A stretch of DNA of 64,000 bases, taken from Adineta vaga (taxonomy: Eukaryota > Animalia > Rotifera). The notes beneath the pieces are model-generated. The model was given only the letters and a program-made list of their open reading frames with translations. It was not told the DNA's origin and ran no database searches. Below, in pieces: positions 63,601 through 64,000 of the stretch (positions are counted from its first letter, which is position 1; each line of letters begins with the position of its first letter). The DNA lies in contig CP075492.1 in NCBI GenBank assembly GCA_021613535.1, positions 14,198,001-14,262,000 on the forward strand, in the 5' to 3' direction. A program made the position numbers and the translations under genes.

Positions 63601-64000
63601 TTAATTATTATGAATGCCACAAAGTCGTCGAAAAGTGATAACATTTAGTCTGCTATATTCTAAGAATACTTCTAATGCTTTTTGATCTTTTTGGCTTGCG
63701 TCGTCGATCTTTTTTTCTATTTTTTGAACATCGTCTTTGGTCACTTGAGATCTTTCTTCAATGGTCCGTACCATAAGGTGTCTCTTTCGTCGACTGAAAT
63801 ATCGTAGAATTCTTTTCCTTAATTTCAACATTAGATTAAGATCAAGCAGCTGTTGAAAATTTTGAAAAGGTTTCATAGTTTTCGTTTTATCACCAGTATC
63901 AATTTTGTTATCTTGAATGCTTTCCTCTTCGTTATTGTCTGAATATCTTTCGGGCCACACTAATTCGTTCTCTTCAATTTTGGTGTTGAAAATATTGATT
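63601..64000 (-). CDS. Partial coding exon running off the window (coiled-coil rich); separate gene or upstream part of the TIR gene
   Basis: The frame is open to the window end; VQKIEKKIDDASQKDQKALE is coiled-coil-like. Family not identifiable. Confidence 0.45.
   Translation of the reverse strand, partial: INIFNTKIEENELVWPERYSDNNEEESIQDNKIDTGDKTKTMKPFQNFQQLLDLNLMLKLRKRILRYFSRRKRHLMVRTIEERSQVTKDDVQKIEKKIDDASQKDQKALEVFLEYSRLNVITFRRLCGIHNN

Noticed and set aside
1-64000. Prokaryotic origin, operons or contamination suggested by bacterial-like enzymes
   Set aside because: Spliceosomal introns restore conserved motifs, and these genes are interleaved with 7TM, F-box and UNC93 genes.

Overview
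AT-rich, gene-dense eukaryotic DNA with many 48-71 bp GT-AG introns. The gene content includes expanded orphan 7TM receptors, F-box/LRR genes, an NHL protein, ankyrin-ART genes and many bacterial/fungal-type enzymes. This mix, plus TGTGGG/TGAGGG motifs, best fits a bdelloid rotifer (Adineta/Rotaria-like); the taxon is inferred, not proven. About 30 genes or pseudogenes can be modelled. Housekeeping and likely horizontally acquired genes: haloalkane dehalogenase, ABCG transporter, aldo-keto reductase, Mpv17/PMP22, beta-helix glycosidase, CHX/KHA1 antiporter, SEC14, UNC93, proline iminopeptidase, ERMP1-like peptidase and hydroxyacid oxidase. The most notable set is NAD+/cell-death related: two ankyrin + R-S-E ADP-ribosyltransferases, a J-like/ankyrin/PARP-like (NEURL4-type) protein, a DraG/ARH eraser, a helical-repeat TIR protein retaining the catalytic Glu and lying directly upstream of one ART, and a stand-alone MLKL-like four-helix domain with a His-rich tail. 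Non-coding features: two hAT-type MITEs with perfect 8-bp TSDs, a family of ~60-90 bp hairpin elements with telomere-like ends, and a locally duplicated F-box pseudogene. Several otherwise intact genes carry single small frameshifts that may be assembly errors. All family calls come from motif recognition; no database searches were run.
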